Shown here piece after piece: positions 1-10,797 of a DNA stretch of 53,017 nt. The stretch is from Eubacteriales bacterium. Its GTDB lineage: Bacteria; Bacillota; Clostridia; Oscillospirales; CAG-272. Each line of letters starts with the position of its first letter. Positions within the stretch are counted from its first letter, which is position 1. A program made the position numbers and the translations under genes. The notes under the pieces are model-generated. The model was not told where the DNA came from. It saw only the letters and a program-made list of their open reading frames with translations, and did no database searches. Location: positions 1 to 53,017 of the forward strand of contig JAZRQH010000166.1 in NCBI GenBank assembly GCA_045649645.1, read 5' to 3'.

Positions 1-1
1 G

Positions 2-805
2 CAGAGACAGATAACCATTCTTCAGGATTTCGGTTCAACAGTTCTTTGCTGTACACCCTCTTATGCAATGTATATTGCCGAGACTCTTCAGAAGATGGGA
101 TTGACCAAGGATGATATCAGCTTAAAGGCAGGTATCTTTGGTGCAGAGCCCTGGACCGAGGAAATGAGAGCGCAGATAGAGGATATGCTCGGTATCAAGG
201 CATATGATATCTACGGTCTTACCGAGATCATGGGTCCCGGTGTAGCGTACGAATGCTCTGAGCAGAAGGGTATGCACGTAAACGAGGACCACTTTATAAT
301 CGAGATACTTAACCCCGAAACATGGGAGCCCGTACCTGACGGAGAGCAGGGAGAGATAGTATTCTCCTGTATTTCCAAGGAGGCTTTCCCCCTTCTTCGT
401 TTCAGAACCAAGGATATCGGTGTTGTAACCCACGAAAAGTGCGGATGCGGCAGAACCTTTGTCCGTATGTCCAAGCCTATGGGCCGTACAGACGATATGC
501 TTATCATCAGAGGTGTTAACGTATTCCCCTCACAGATCGAGACCGTCCTTCTCAGAATGGGCTATAGCCCCAACTATCAGATAATCGTCGACCGTATCGA
601 GAATCTTGATACCATCGAGGTTCTTGTAGAAATGACCCCCGACAAGTTCTCTGACGTGGTAACTCGTATCAACACGATGGAAAGAGAGCTCCGTGAGGAG
701 ATCAAATCGCTTCTCGGTGTAGCCGTGAAGGTTACCCTTGTAGCACCCGATTCCATTGCCCGTTCGGAGGGTAAAGCAAAAAGAGTAATAGATAAAAGAA
801 AATAA
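2..805 (+). CDS. paaK: phenylacetate-CoA ligase family protein, C-terminal part (5' end outside window)
   Basis: The frame of ORF 68..805 stays open back to nt 2 (QRQITILQDFGSTVLCCTPSYAMYIAE). Motifs FGAEPW, IYGLTE, RFRTKDIG, GRTDDMLIIRGVNVFPSQIE and C-terminal GKAKRVIDKR match my memory of PaaK-type adenylate-forming enzymes. Confidence 0.8.
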   Translation, partial: QRQITILQDFGSTVLCCTPSYAMYIAETLQKMGLTKDDISLKAGIFGAEPWTEEMRAQIEDMLGIKAYDIYGLTEIMGPGVAYECSEQKGMHVNEDHFIIEILNPETWEPVPDGEQGEIVFSCISKEAFPLLRFRTKDIGVVTHEKCGCGRTFVRMSKPMGRTDDMLIIRGVNVFPSQIETVLLRMGYSPNYQIIVDRIENLDTIEVLVEMTPDKFSDVVTRINTMERELREEIKSLLGVAVKVTLVAPDSIARSEGKAKRVIDKRK

Positions 806-818
806 GGAGGATCATACT

Positions 819-1250
819 ATGGCAATCAAGCAGTTATCAATTTTCGTTGAAAACAAGAAGGGAAGTCTTGTTGAGATCTTCGAGACTCTTTCCCACGCAC
901 AGGTAGATATCCGTGCAATGTCTATCGCAGACACACAGGATTTTGGCATTCTTCGACTTATTGTAAGTGATCATCACAAGGCTGAGGAAGCACTTAAGCA
1001 GGCCAACTGTATCGTTTCTATAACAGACGTTATCGGTGTTGCTGTCGCTGATAAGGCAGGCAGTCTTGCTAATGTAGTAAGACTTCTTACCGATAGCGAC
1101 GTAAATATTGAATATATGTATGCATTTATTACCGAGTCAAAGCAGTACGCATATGTCGTATTCCGTGTTGCTGACAACGATGCTGCAACAGCCCTTCTTG
1201 AGGCAAACGGAGTTAAGCTGGTAACAGAGGAAGATATCGTCAACCTTTAA
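819..1250 (+). CDS. ACT domain-containing protein (small regulatory protein commonly found after paaK)
   Basis: 143 aa with two ACT-like halves (LSIFVENKKGSLVEIF... and GVAVADKAGSLANVVRLL...). RBS AAGGAGG lies 7 nt upstream, 13 nt after the paaK stop. Confidence 0.7.
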   Translation: MAIKQLSIFVENKKGSLVEIFETLSHAQVDIRAMSIADTQDFGILRLIVSDHHKAEEALKQANCIVSITDVIGVAVADKAGSLANVVRLLTDSDVNIEYMYAFITESKQYAYVVFRVADNDAATALLEANGVKLVTEEDIVNL

Positions 1251-1293
1251 AAGTCTGATGGTGTGAACATTTAGGAAAATTCACACTATCTAC

Positions 1294-1322
1294 TTGAATT
1301 TGCACAGAACTTAATTTATAAT
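1294..1322 (+). promoter_or_regulatory. sigma-A type promoter candidate TTGAAT-17-TATAAT for the decarboxylase operon
   Basis: TTGAAT at 1294-1299, a 17-nt spacer, and TATAAT at 1317-1322, in the 139-nt AT-rich gap before 1390. Confidence 0.5.
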
Positions 1323-1389
1323 TAGGTTGATTAAAAATATAATATCAAAGCATAATATATTTTGATTTTAAGTTACATGGAGGTACTCT

Positions 1390-1692
1390 ATGACAGGAGG
1401 AATATTTACCGTTCTTGCCGCAGCGACAGAGCCCAATATGGCTGTTGTTGCAGGTCTTGGTATGGGAACGGTTTTTGCAGGACTTATATGTCTCGTTATT
1501 CTTTTAAGTATTATGAATGTGATATTCAGCAATATCAAACCAAAGAATACAAATAAGCCTGCAGTTGCTGCTCCCGCAGCAGAGGAAAAAATGGACGAGG
1601 AAACGGTTGCTGCTGTTTCTGCCGCTATTGCTGAGACTATGGGACGTGATGTTTCGGGTATCAGAATTACATCAATCAAGAAAGTTAATTAA
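1390..1692 (+). CDS. OadG-like small membrane subunit of Na+-translocating decarboxylase
   Basis: 100 aa with one N-terminal hydrophobic helix (VVAGLGMGTVFAGLICLVILLSIM), an Ala/Pro/Glu linker and an AAVSAAIAETMG tail. GGAGG RBS. First gene of the biotin decarboxylase cluster. Confidence 0.6.
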   Translation: MTGGIFTVLAAATEPNMAVVAGLGMGTVFAGLICLVILLSIMNVIFSNIKPKNTNKPAVAAPAAEEKMDEETVAAVSAAIAETMGRDVSGIRITSIKKVN

Positions 1693-1706
1693 GTGAGGTA
1701 ACAACA

Positions 1707-2057
1707 ATGAGAAGATTCAGAGTTAATGTTAACGGTAACGAATACGATATTACAGTTGAAGAGATCGATGCATCTGCTGCAAAGGCTGCTCCCGCTCCCA
1801 AAGCTGCTCCTAAAGCAGAGGCTCCCGCTGCAGCTCCCGCAGACGGCGAGACTGTTAAGAGTCCTATGCCCGGTACTATCCTTAAGGTTAACGTATCCAA
1901 CGGCGCTGCTGTAAAGAAGGGCGATGTTCTTATGGTACTTGAGGCAATGAAGATGGAGAACGAGATCATGGGACCCTGCGACGGTAAGGTTACGTCTGTA
2001 ACAGTTGCACAGGGCGCATCTGTTGAGTCAGGTGCAGTTCTTTGTACCATTGGCTAA
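1707..2057 (+). CDS. biotin carboxyl carrier (biotinyl/lipoyl domain) protein
   Basis: 116 aa with an Ala/Pro-rich linker (AAKAAPAPKAAPKAEAPAAAPA) followed by the canonical biotinylation motif EAMKMENEI. Confidence 0.85.
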   Translation: MRRFRVNVNGNEYDITVEEIDASAAKAAPAPKAAPKAEAPAAAPADGETVKSPMPGTILKVNVSNGAAVKKGDVLMVLEAMKMENEIMGPCDGKVTSVTVAQGASVESGAVLCTIG

Positions 2058-2071
2058 TCGGAGGATTCTAA

Positions 2072-3274
2072 ATGTTTGACGCTATTATCAATTTTTTAAA
2101 TCAGACAGGGTTCTCGATGATCGCTGATAACTGGAAATGCCTTATCATGATTGTGGTTTCCCTTGCTCTGATGTATCTTGCTATAGTCAAGAAGTTCGAG
2201 CCCCTCTTGCTTCTTCCTATCGCGTTCGGTATGCTTATGACCAACATACCCGGCTCAGGTATGTATCATCCCGAGCTTTGGGATGCTTTTGTAGCGGGTG
2301 AAATAGGCTTTGGTACCATCATGCACGATGGCGGATTGCTTGATATTCTGTATATCGGTGTAAAAGCAGGTATCTATCCTTGTCTTATCTTCATCGGTGT
2401 CGGTGCTATGACAGACTTCGGTCCCCTGATCGCCAATCCTAAGAGCTTGCTTCTCGGCGCTGCAGCCCAGCTTGGTATATTCCTTGCTTATATCGGTGCT
2501 TTGTCAATTGATAACGTATTACCTTTTATTAGCTTCACTGCGCCTCAGGCAGCATCTATAGGTATTATCGGTGGTGCTGACGGTCCTACAGCTATATTTG
2601 TAACATCTAAGCTTGCGCCTGAATTGCTCGGTCCGATTGCGGTTGCGGCTTATTCCTATATGGCACTTGTTCCCGTAATTCAGCCTCCGATCATGAAGCT
2701 TCTTACCACAAAGAAGGAAAGACAGATCACCATGACAGAGCTTCGCCCTGTTTCAAAGACACAGAAGATCATTTTCCCCTTTGTTGTTGTTATCTTCGTT
2801 TCTCTCCTCGTGCCCTCTGCAGCGCCCCTTGTAGGATGTCTTATGCTCGGTAACCTTATGAGAGAGTCCGGTGTGGTTGAGCGTCTTTCTAAGACCGTTC
2901 AGAACGAGCTTATGAACATCGTTACCATTTTCCTCGGTGTTTCTGTAGGTGCTACCGCTACTGCAGATACATTCCTTACAGGTAAGACCCTCGGTATCGT
3001 TGCTATGGGCGTAACTGCATTTGCATTCGGTACTGCTGGCGGTGTTCTTCTTGCAAAGCTCATGAATCTCTTTCTGCCCAAGGGTAAGAAGATCAATCCC
3101 CTTATCGGTTCTGCAGGTGTATCTGCCGTTCCTATGGCAGCACGTGTATCTCAGGTAGTAGGTCAGAAGGAGAATCCCTCAAACTTTCTGCTTATGCACG
3201 CTATGGGTCCCAATGTTGCAGGTGTTATCGGTTCCGCAATTGCTGCAGGCGTACTTATCGCCTTGTTCGCTTAA
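2072..3274 (+). CDS. oadB: sodium ion-translocating decarboxylase beta subunit (OadB/GcdB/MmdB family)
   Basis: 400-aa polytopic membrane protein. Stretches [30 protein letters not shown] and [18 protein letters not shown] are as remembered for the beta subunit family. The symbol is tentative because the substrate is not established. Confidence 0.85.
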   Translation: MFDAIINFLNQTGFSMIADNWKCLIMIVVSLALMYLAIVKKFEPLLLLPIAFGMLMTNIPGSGMYHPELWDAFVAGEIGFGTIMHDGGLLDILYIGVKAGIYPCLIFIGVGAMTDFGPLIANPKSLLLGAAAQLGIFLAYIGALSIDNVLPFISFTAPQAASIGIIGGADGPTAIFVTSKLAPELLGPIAVAAYSYMALVPVIQPPIMKLLTTKKERQITMTELRPVSKTQKIIFPFVVVIFVSLLVPSAAPLVGCLMLGNLMRESGVVERLSKTVQNELMNIVTIFLGVSVGATATADTFLTGKTLGIVAMGVTAFAFGTAGGVLLAKLMNLFLPKGKKINPLIGSAGVSAVPMAARVSQVVGQKENPSNFLLMHAMGPNVAGVIGSAIAAGVLIALFA

Positions 3275-3293
3275 TTTTCAGGAGAAATATTAA

Positions 3294-4688
3294 ATGGCAA
3301 ATAAGTTATATATTACAGATACCATTCTTCGTGATGCCCACCAGTCTCAGGCGGCAACACGTATGAGAATAGAGGATATGCTTCCCGCATGCGAGATCCT
3401 TGACTCCATCGGTTATTGGTCTCTTGAGTGCTGGGGCGGTGCTACCTTTGATGCTTGTATGAGATTCTTAAAGGAAGATCCCTGGGACAGACTCCGCAAG
3501 CTTAAGGCAGCTCTTCCCAAGACCAAGCTTCAGATGCTTTTCCGCGGACAGAACATCCTCGGCTACAAACACTATGCAGACGACGTTGTTGACGCCTTCT
3601 GCAAAAAGTCTATAGAAAACGGTATCGACGTTGTTCGTGTATTCGATGCACTCAACGATGTCCGTAACCTCGAGCAGGCTATGAAGTCTATCAAGAAGTA
3701 CGGCGGTATATGTGAGGCTGCTATCAGCTACACTACCAGCCCCGTACACAGTGATGAGTATTTTGTAAAGCTTGCAAAGACTATGGAGCAGATGGGTGCA
3801 GACGTTATCTGTATCAAGGATATGGCTAACCTGCTTCTTCCCATGAACGCTTACCAGCTTGTTAAAAAGCTTAAGGCAGCAGTCAACGTTCCGATTCATC
3901 TTCATACTCACAATACCACCGGCACAGGTGACATGACCAACCTTATGGCAGCTCAGGCGGGTGTTGATATCGTAGATACAGCACTTTCTCCTCTTGCCAA
4001 CGGTACTGCTCAGCCCTCTACAGAGGCTCTTGTCGCTACCCTTAAGGGCACTGACCGTGATACGGGTCTCGACCTCGGCAAGCTCAGTGACGCGGCTGTT
4101 CATTTCAGAGGTGTTGCAAATAAGCTTAAAGCTGAAGGCATCCTTGACCCCAAGGTGCTTAACGTTGATACCAATACACTTCTGTATCAGGTTCCCGGCG
4201 GTATGCTTTCAAATCTGCTTTCTCAGCTCAAGCAGGCTAACGCAGAGGATAAGTATTACGAGGTTCTTGAGGAGATTCCGAGAGTACGTAAGGATTTCGG
4301 TTATCCTCCCCTTGTAACACCTACCAGCCAGATCGTTGGTACCCAGGCAGTTATGAACGTTCTTGCAGGTGAAAGATATAAGATGGTTCCCAAGGAATCC
4401 AAGGGTATTCTTCGCGGTGAGTACGGACAGGTTCCCGGTGAGGTGAACGAAGAGGTACGCCGTAAGGCTATCGGTGACGATCAGGTAATTACCTGCCGTC
4501 CTGCCGACCTTATTGAGCCCGAGCTTGAAAAGTACTGCGAGGAGGCAAAGGATATCGCTAAATCCGCAGAGGACGTACTCAGCTATGCACTTTTCCCTCA
4601 GGTTGCTTCTAAGTTCCTTGCAGAAAGAGATAATCCCGTAAAGGAAGAGGACGAGGTTCGCGTACTTTACGTTGATAATCAGGCTTAA
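3294..4688 (+). CDS. oadA: oxaloacetate decarboxylase alpha / pyruvate carboxylase subunit B-type carboxyltransferase, without biotinyl domain
   Basis: 464 aa. N-terminal ITDTILRDAHQSQAATRMR, HLHTHNTTG and the conserved PYC_OADA-like region LYQVPGGMLSNL. The protein ends (VLYVDNQA) without an AMKM motif. Confidence 0.85.
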   Translation: MANKLYITDTILRDAHQSQAATRMRIEDMLPACEILDSIGYWSLECWGGATFDACMRFLKEDPWDRLRKLKAALPKTKLQMLFRGQNILGYKHYADDVVDAFCKKSIENGIDVVRVFDALNDVRNLEQAMKSIKKYGGICEAAISYTTSPVHSDEYFVKLAKTMEQMGADVICIKDMANLLLPMNAYQLVKKLKAAVNVPIHLHTHNTTGTGDMTNLMAAQAGVDIVDTALSPLANGTAQPSTEALVATLKGTDRDTGLDLGKLSDAAVHFRGVANKLKAEGILDPKVLNVDTNTLLYQVPGGMLSNLLSQLKQANAEDKYYEVLEEIPRVRKDFGYPPLVTPTSQIVGTQAVMNVLAGERYKMVPKESKGILRGEYGQVPGEVNEEVRRKAIGDDQVITCRPADLIEPELEKYCEEAKDIAKSAEDVLSYALFPQVASKFLAERDNPVKEEDEVRVLYVDNQA

Positions 4689-4694
4689 ATATTC

Positions 4695-4724
4695 AAAAGT
4701 CCGACTTTTTTGTCGGACTTTTGT
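4695..4724 (+). terminator. rho-independent terminator of the decarboxylase operon
   Basis: AAAAGTCCGAC-TTTTTT-GTCGGACTTTT, an 11-bp perfect stem followed by a T-rich tail, 7 nt after the stop codon. Confidence 0.8.
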
Positions 4725-4768
4725 TACTTGATGCGTATATACGGTAGTATAAGTATAGGAGGTGTTGT

Positions 4769-5188
4769 ATGAAGCGAATAATAATTATTGCATTGTGCTT
4801 GATATTTCTTTTGTGCGGTTGCACGATGAAGGAGGGATATAGTCTTTCGTTGACACAGGGACGTGTGCTTCTCTGTAACAACGGAACCTTTATGCTTATC
4901 GCTGATGGCTCACCTATCATATTGAACGTTGACGGTATCAAGAATATAGATAAATACGAAGACGGAGATCTTATTAGCGTATGGCATGACGGTGTCGAGG
5001 AGAGCTATCCCGCACGTACAAAGGCATATAAAATTACACTTATCAAAAAGGGAAGTATGGCGGACATTGACGAGAACGTCGCACGCAGTCTCTGTGATAT
5101 GGGTTGGATAGATTATGACGATATGGTTGAGCGCTATATAGTTGCGGACTATATCATCGATTGCGAAACTCCTGATACATCGGAATAA
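4769..5188 (+). CDS. small lipoprotein, DUF3221/YobA-like
   Basis: Lipoprotein signal peptide with lipobox (IIIALCLIFLLCGC). GDLISVWHDGVEESYPARTKAYKITLI resembles the DUF3221 core as I remember it. AGGAGG RBS. Confidence 0.55.
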   Translation: MKRIIIIALCLIFLLCGCTMKEGYSLSLTQGRVLLCNNGTFMLIADGSPIILNVDGIKNIDKYEDGDLISVWHDGVEESYPARTKAYKITLIKKGSMADIDENVARSLCDMGWIDYDDMVERYIVADYIIDCETPDTSE

Positions 5189-5211
5189 ATCAATATAAGC
5201 TGTCATATTAT
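5182..5211 (+). promoter_or_regulatory. possible sigma-E type promoter for spoIVA (GGAATAAA-14-CATATTAT)
   Basis: The -10-like CATATTAT matches the remembered consensus CATACAAT at 6 of 8 positions. An A/T-rich -35-like element lies 14 nt upstream. The layout parallels the spoIIID upstream region. Weak match only. Confidence 0.25.
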
Positions 5212-5245
5212 TCATTGAAAAGAATTTTGAAATGAGGATGAAAAT

Positions 5246-6724
5246 ATGACAGATACAAGCATATACCGTGATATAATGAACCGTACTCACGGAGATATCT
5301 ATATAGGTGTTGTGGGTCCTGTCCGTACAGGTAAGTCCACCTTTATCAAAAGGTTTATGGAGTCCCTTGTGCTTCCCAATATAGATAACGATTTTGTTCG
5401 TGAAAGAGCGGTTGACGAGATGCCTCAAAGCGCAGGCGGCAAGACCGTAATGACCACAGAGCCTAAGTTTATTCCCGAGGAAGCAATAAATGTCAGCCTT
5501 GCCGAAAACGTAGAGTTAAGTGTAAAAATGGTCGACTGCGTAGGATACGTAGTCCCGGATTCAATCGGTCATACCGAGGACGGCCGCGAGCGTATGGTCA
5601 ACACACCCTGGGCGGCTGAGCCTATGCCGTTTACGAAGGCGGCTGAGATAGGAACAAAAAAAGTTATTACCGAGCATTCTACCATAGGTATGGTCATAAC
5701 AACAGACGGAACGGTAACCGATATCTCAAGAGAGAATTATATCGAAGCAGAGGAAAAAGTTATAAATCAGCTTAAGGATATCAATAAGCCCTTTGCTATA
5801 ATCCTGAACAGTGCTACCCCTGAGGCGCAGGCAACTATTGATCTTGCCCACAGTCTTGAGAAAAAGTATAACGCTCCCGTTGCTCTGGTCGACTGTATGA
5901 GACTTGACGCCGAGGATATACGGGGGATCATGTCAATGATCCTGCTTGAGTTTCCAGTTACCGAGATATCTCTTGATCTTCCGCGTTGGCTTATGGCGCT
6001 TGAGGATGAGCATTGGGTGGTATCGAGCATCAACGAGTCCTTGAGAGAGGCAGCTCTCGGAGTTGCTAAAACAGGTGATATAAGGCCTTGTTTTGAAAGG
6101 CTAACGGATAACGATTATATCTGTAAGGTAAACGTAGATAAGATAGATCTCGGAAAGGGGAGTGCTCTTCTTTCCATCGATCTTGAAAACGAGCTCTATT
6201 ACCGAATAATGAGTGAGCTTACAGGTCTTGATATAATGGACGAGGAGTCTCTTATAACGACGATCATGGATCTCTCGGAGGCAAAGAAACGATATTCAAG
6301 ACTCAAGGGTGCGCTCGATCAGGTTGAGAAAACAGGCTACGGCATAGTAACACCCGAGATAGACGATCTTAATTTCGAGGAGCCTGAAATAATCAAGCAG
6401 GCAAACGGATACGGTGTAAAGCTGAGAGCCAATGCGCCTTCGTTACATATAATCAAGGCAAATATTGAGACAGAGATAAATCCGGTAGTAGGAACAGAAC
6501 AGCAATCCGAGGATCTGATAAGATATCTTCTCCGTGAATACGAGGAGGATCCGAGGGCTATCTGGGAATCAAATATATTCGGTAAAACAATGCACGAGCT
6601 TGTAAGCGAGGGACTTAATTCCAAACTCGAAAATATGCCGGAGGACGCCAGAACCAAGCTTTCAGAGACTCTTGAGCGAATAATTAACGAGGGCAGCGGC
6701 GGATTAATATGTATTATTCTTTAA
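5246..6724 (+). CDS. spoIVA: stage IV sporulation protein A (spore coat morphogenetic ATPase)
   Basis: 492 aa. The N-terminus IYRDIMNRTHGDIYIGVVGPVRTGKSTFIKRFME (Walker A) and the C-terminal GSGGLICIIL are hallmark SpoIVA features. Confidence 0.95.
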   Translation: MTDTSIYRDIMNRTHGDIYIGVVGPVRTGKSTFIKRFMESLVLPNIDNDFVRERAVDEMPQSAGGKTVMTTEPKFIPEEAINVSLAENVELSVKMVDCVGYVVPDSIGHTEDGRERMVNTPWAAEPMPFTKAAEIGTKKVITEHSTIGMVITTDGTVTDISRENYIEAEEKVINQLKDINKPFAIILNSATPEAQATIDLAHSLEKKYNAPVALVDCMRLDAEDIRGIMSMILLEFPVTEISLDLPRWLMALEDEHWVVSSINESLREAALGVAKTGDIRPCFERLTDNDYICKVNVDKIDLGKGSALLSIDLENELYYRIMSELTGLDIMDEESLITTIMDLSEAKKRYSRLKGALDQVEKTGYGIVTPEIDDLNFEEPEIIKQANGYGVKLRANAPSLHIIKANIETEINPVVGTEQQSEDLIRYLLREYEEDPRAIWESNIFGKTMHELVSEGLNSKLENMPEDARTKLSETLERIINEGSGGLICIIL

Positions 6725-6727
6725 ATT

Positions 6728-6759
6728 ATAGCGATAAGTGAAAGCTTATCGCTATTTTT
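6728..6759 (+). terminator. rho-independent terminator after spoIVA
   Basis: ATAGCGATAAG-loop-CTTATCGCTAT followed by TTTT. Confidence 0.8.
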
Positions 6760-6761
6760 AC

Positions 6762-8782
<2,021 letters not shown>

Positions 8783-10060
8783 ATGTTATTTGACAGAGTT
8801 AAGATATTTTGTAAGGCAGGTGACGGCGGAAACGGATGCGTTTCCTTCCACCGTGAGAAGTACGTTGCCAAGGGCGGTCCCGACGGCGGTGACGGCGGCA
8901 ACGGAGGCAGTATTATATTCAAGGTAGACGAGGGTGCAACAACACTCCTCTACTATAAATACAGAAGAAAGTTCGTTGCCCAGAACGGCGGTGACGGTAA
9001 GGCATCAAAGTGGCACGGAGCAAACGGTGAGGATCTTACCCTACTTGTTCCCAGAGGAACACTTATCAAGGATGCCGAGACCGGTGCGATAATCAAGGAT
9101 ATGTCTGATTGCGACGAGTTCCGTGTTCTCAAGGGAGGTCGCGGCGGCTGGGGTAACAAGCACTTTGCCACACCTACAAGACAGATCCCCAGATTTGCCA
9201 AGAGCGGTATCAAGGGTGAAGAAAAGGAGCTCGCTCTTGAGCTTAAGATGATAGCAGACGTTGGACTTATCGGTCTGCCTAACGTTGGCAAGTCCTCTAT
9301 CCTTTCTGTTATCAGCGCATCCAGACCCAAGATAGGTAACTATAACTTTACTACTCTTTCTCCTAACCTCGGTGTGGTAAAGGTAAGAGACACCGACGGC
9401 TTTATTGCCGCTGATATTCCCGGTCTTATAGAGGGCGCAAGCGAGGGTGCAGGTCTCGGTCACGAGTTCCTTCGTCACGTTGAGCGCTGCAGACTTCTTC
9501 TTCACGTAGTTGATATCTCGGGTCAGAATCTCAACGACCCCATAGACGACATCGAGCTTATAAACAATGAGCTTGTAAACTACAGCGAGGCACTGGCGGA
9601 GCGTCCTCAGATAATCGTTGCCAACAAGTCGGATATGATCGACGAGGAGATAGTTGATATAGCCGAGTTTGAATCTTATGTCAAGGATATGGGATGGGAG
9701 CTTATATACGTTTCGGCAGCCACCCGTGAGAACATCGATAAGATGGTAGATATGGTTTGGGACAGACTCAAGCTTCTGCCTCCTACACAGGTGTTTGAGT
9801 CCACCTACGTGGAGCCCGAGGTGTTTGACGATAGTAAGGATCATGACGTTACCATCACGAACGTTAACGGCGTTTACGTTGTTGAAGGAGATTGGCTGTA
9901 TAAGGTAATGGGCTCTGTAAACTTCGACGACAGAGAATCGCTTTCATATTTCCAGAGAGTATTAAAGAACAGTGGAGTAATTGACAAGCTTGAGGAAAAG
10001 GGTGTTTGCGACGGAGACACCGTAAGCATTTACGATTTTGAGTTTGATTTTATTAAATAA
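8783..10060 (+). CDS. obg: GTPase Obg
   Basis: N-terminal glycine-rich Obg fold (KAGDGGNGCVSFHREKYVAKGGPDGGDGGNGGSIIF), G1 GLPNVGKSS, and C-terminal OCT/TGS-like domain. The ATG directly abuts the ligA stop codon. Confidence 0.95.
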   Translation: MLFDRVKIFCKAGDGGNGCVSFHREKYVAKGGPDGGDGGNGGSIIFKVDEGATTLLYYKYRRKFVAQNGGDGKASKWHGANGEDLTLLVPRGTLIKDAETGAIIKDMSDCDEFRVLKGGRGGWGNKHFATPTRQIPRFAKSGIKGEEKELALELKMIADVGLIGLPNVGKSSILSVISASRPKIGNYNFTTLSPNLGVVKVRDTDGFIAADIPGLIEGASEGAGLGHEFLRHVERCRLLLHVVDISGQNLNDPIDDIELINNELVNYSEALAERPQIIVANKSDMIDEEIVDIAEFESYVKDMGWELIYVSAATRENIDKMVDMVWDRLKLLPPTQVFESTYVEPEVFDDSKDHDVTITNVNGVYVVEGDWLYKVMGSVNFDDRESLSYFQRVLKNSGVIDKLEEKGVCDGDTVSIYDFEFDFIK

Positions 10061-10072
10061 TGGGTGAATGAT

Positions 10073-10795
10073 ATGAAAAAGATAATTATCGTTGCATTAT
10101 TACTCTTGACTTTACTCTTGTGCGGCTGTAAGCCCCATATCGAGCTCCCCCCTGTTCCTGATGACACGCAGGAGGTTGAGGAGTCTGATATCACTATCGA
10201 GGACGATATCTTCACCGAGGAGACTGAGTTTGACGTTGGTGTCTCTGCCGAGATATATATTACCGCTCCCAAGGCGGTAGCACCCTTATACGGTGAAAAC
10301 GTTGATAAGTTCAATCGGATTATTCAGATGAATACTGATACTGTAAAAAACGAGTATCTGCATGACGTGGCCCTCGGCGAAGGTGCAGAAGGCGCTGCCG
10401 CCACAAGCCGTATGCTTACATATGACGTCTATACCGCAAAGGATGGGTATATCTCTGTCATGCTCAAGATTACAGCTTCTGTTGCAGGTGCCGTAACCCC
10501 CAAGGTAGCTTACCGTTGCATAAACTATGATCTCAAGGAAGGCAAGGCTCTCTCTCTTGCTGATGTTGTGGGAGAGGACAAGATAGATGTTGTCAAGGCT
10601 CTCATTATAGAGCAGATGAAACAGACACCTGATAAGTATTATTCCACAGAGGATGATGCGCTTAAGGATATCGATATCAACAGTTCCTTCCTTGAAAAGG
10701 ACGGTAAGATCTACGTGGTTATTAGCGAATACACTATCGCCCCCCGTTCTGCAGGAACACAGATATTTGAGATCAACAAGGGAGATATAGTATAA
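10073..10795 (+). CDS. lipoprotein, DUF3298/RsiV-C-terminal-like
   Basis: Signal peptide with lipobox (KKIIIVALLLLTLLLCGC). The C-terminal SSFLEKDGKIYVVISEYTIAPRSAGTQIFEI resembles DUF3298. The start could also be GTG 10064. Confidence 0.55.
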   Translation: MKKIIIVALLLLTLLLCGCKPHIELPPVPDDTQEVEESDITIEDDIFTEETEFDVGVSAEIYITAPKAVAPLYGENVDKFNRIIQMNTDTVKNEYLHDVALGEGAEGAAATSRMLTYDVYTAKDGYISVMLKITASVAGAVTPKVAYRCINYDLKEGKALSLADVVGEDKIDVVKALIIEQMKQTPDKYYSTEDDALKDIDINSSFLEKDGKIYVVISEYTIAPRSAGTQIFEINKGDIV

Positions 10796-10797
10796 TT

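Noticed and set aside
1261-1286. Hairpin GTGTGAA-N12-TTCACAC after the ACT gene as a terminator
   Set aside because: It has only a 7-bp stem and no following T-tract, so it may merely be a weak pause or processing site. Not called as a terminator.
1362-1679. Overlapping ORFs 1362..1556 (+) and 1368..1679 (-) around the OadG-like gene
   Set aside because: The frame 1390..1692 has the GGAGG RBS, a membrane helix and an OadG-like tail in the expected operon position. The others are Cys/Arg-rich or antisense artefacts.
5202-5209. GTCATATT as a perfect sigma-E -35 box upstream of spoIVA
   Set aside because: No CATA-type -10 element lies at the required 13-15 nt spacing downstream. An alternative weaker layout was reported instead, with low confidence.
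9041-9844. 267-aa antisense ORF within obg. Similar cases are 3468..4103, 11359..12099, 15929..16618, 24939..25589, 25896..26537, 26209..26844, 30362..31180, 38359..38877, 38898..39413 and 45197..45787.
   Set aside because: All overlap genes with strong family signatures on the other strand. They fit the mirror-frame pattern, which I verified for obg and assume for the others. They have no RBS or motifs.
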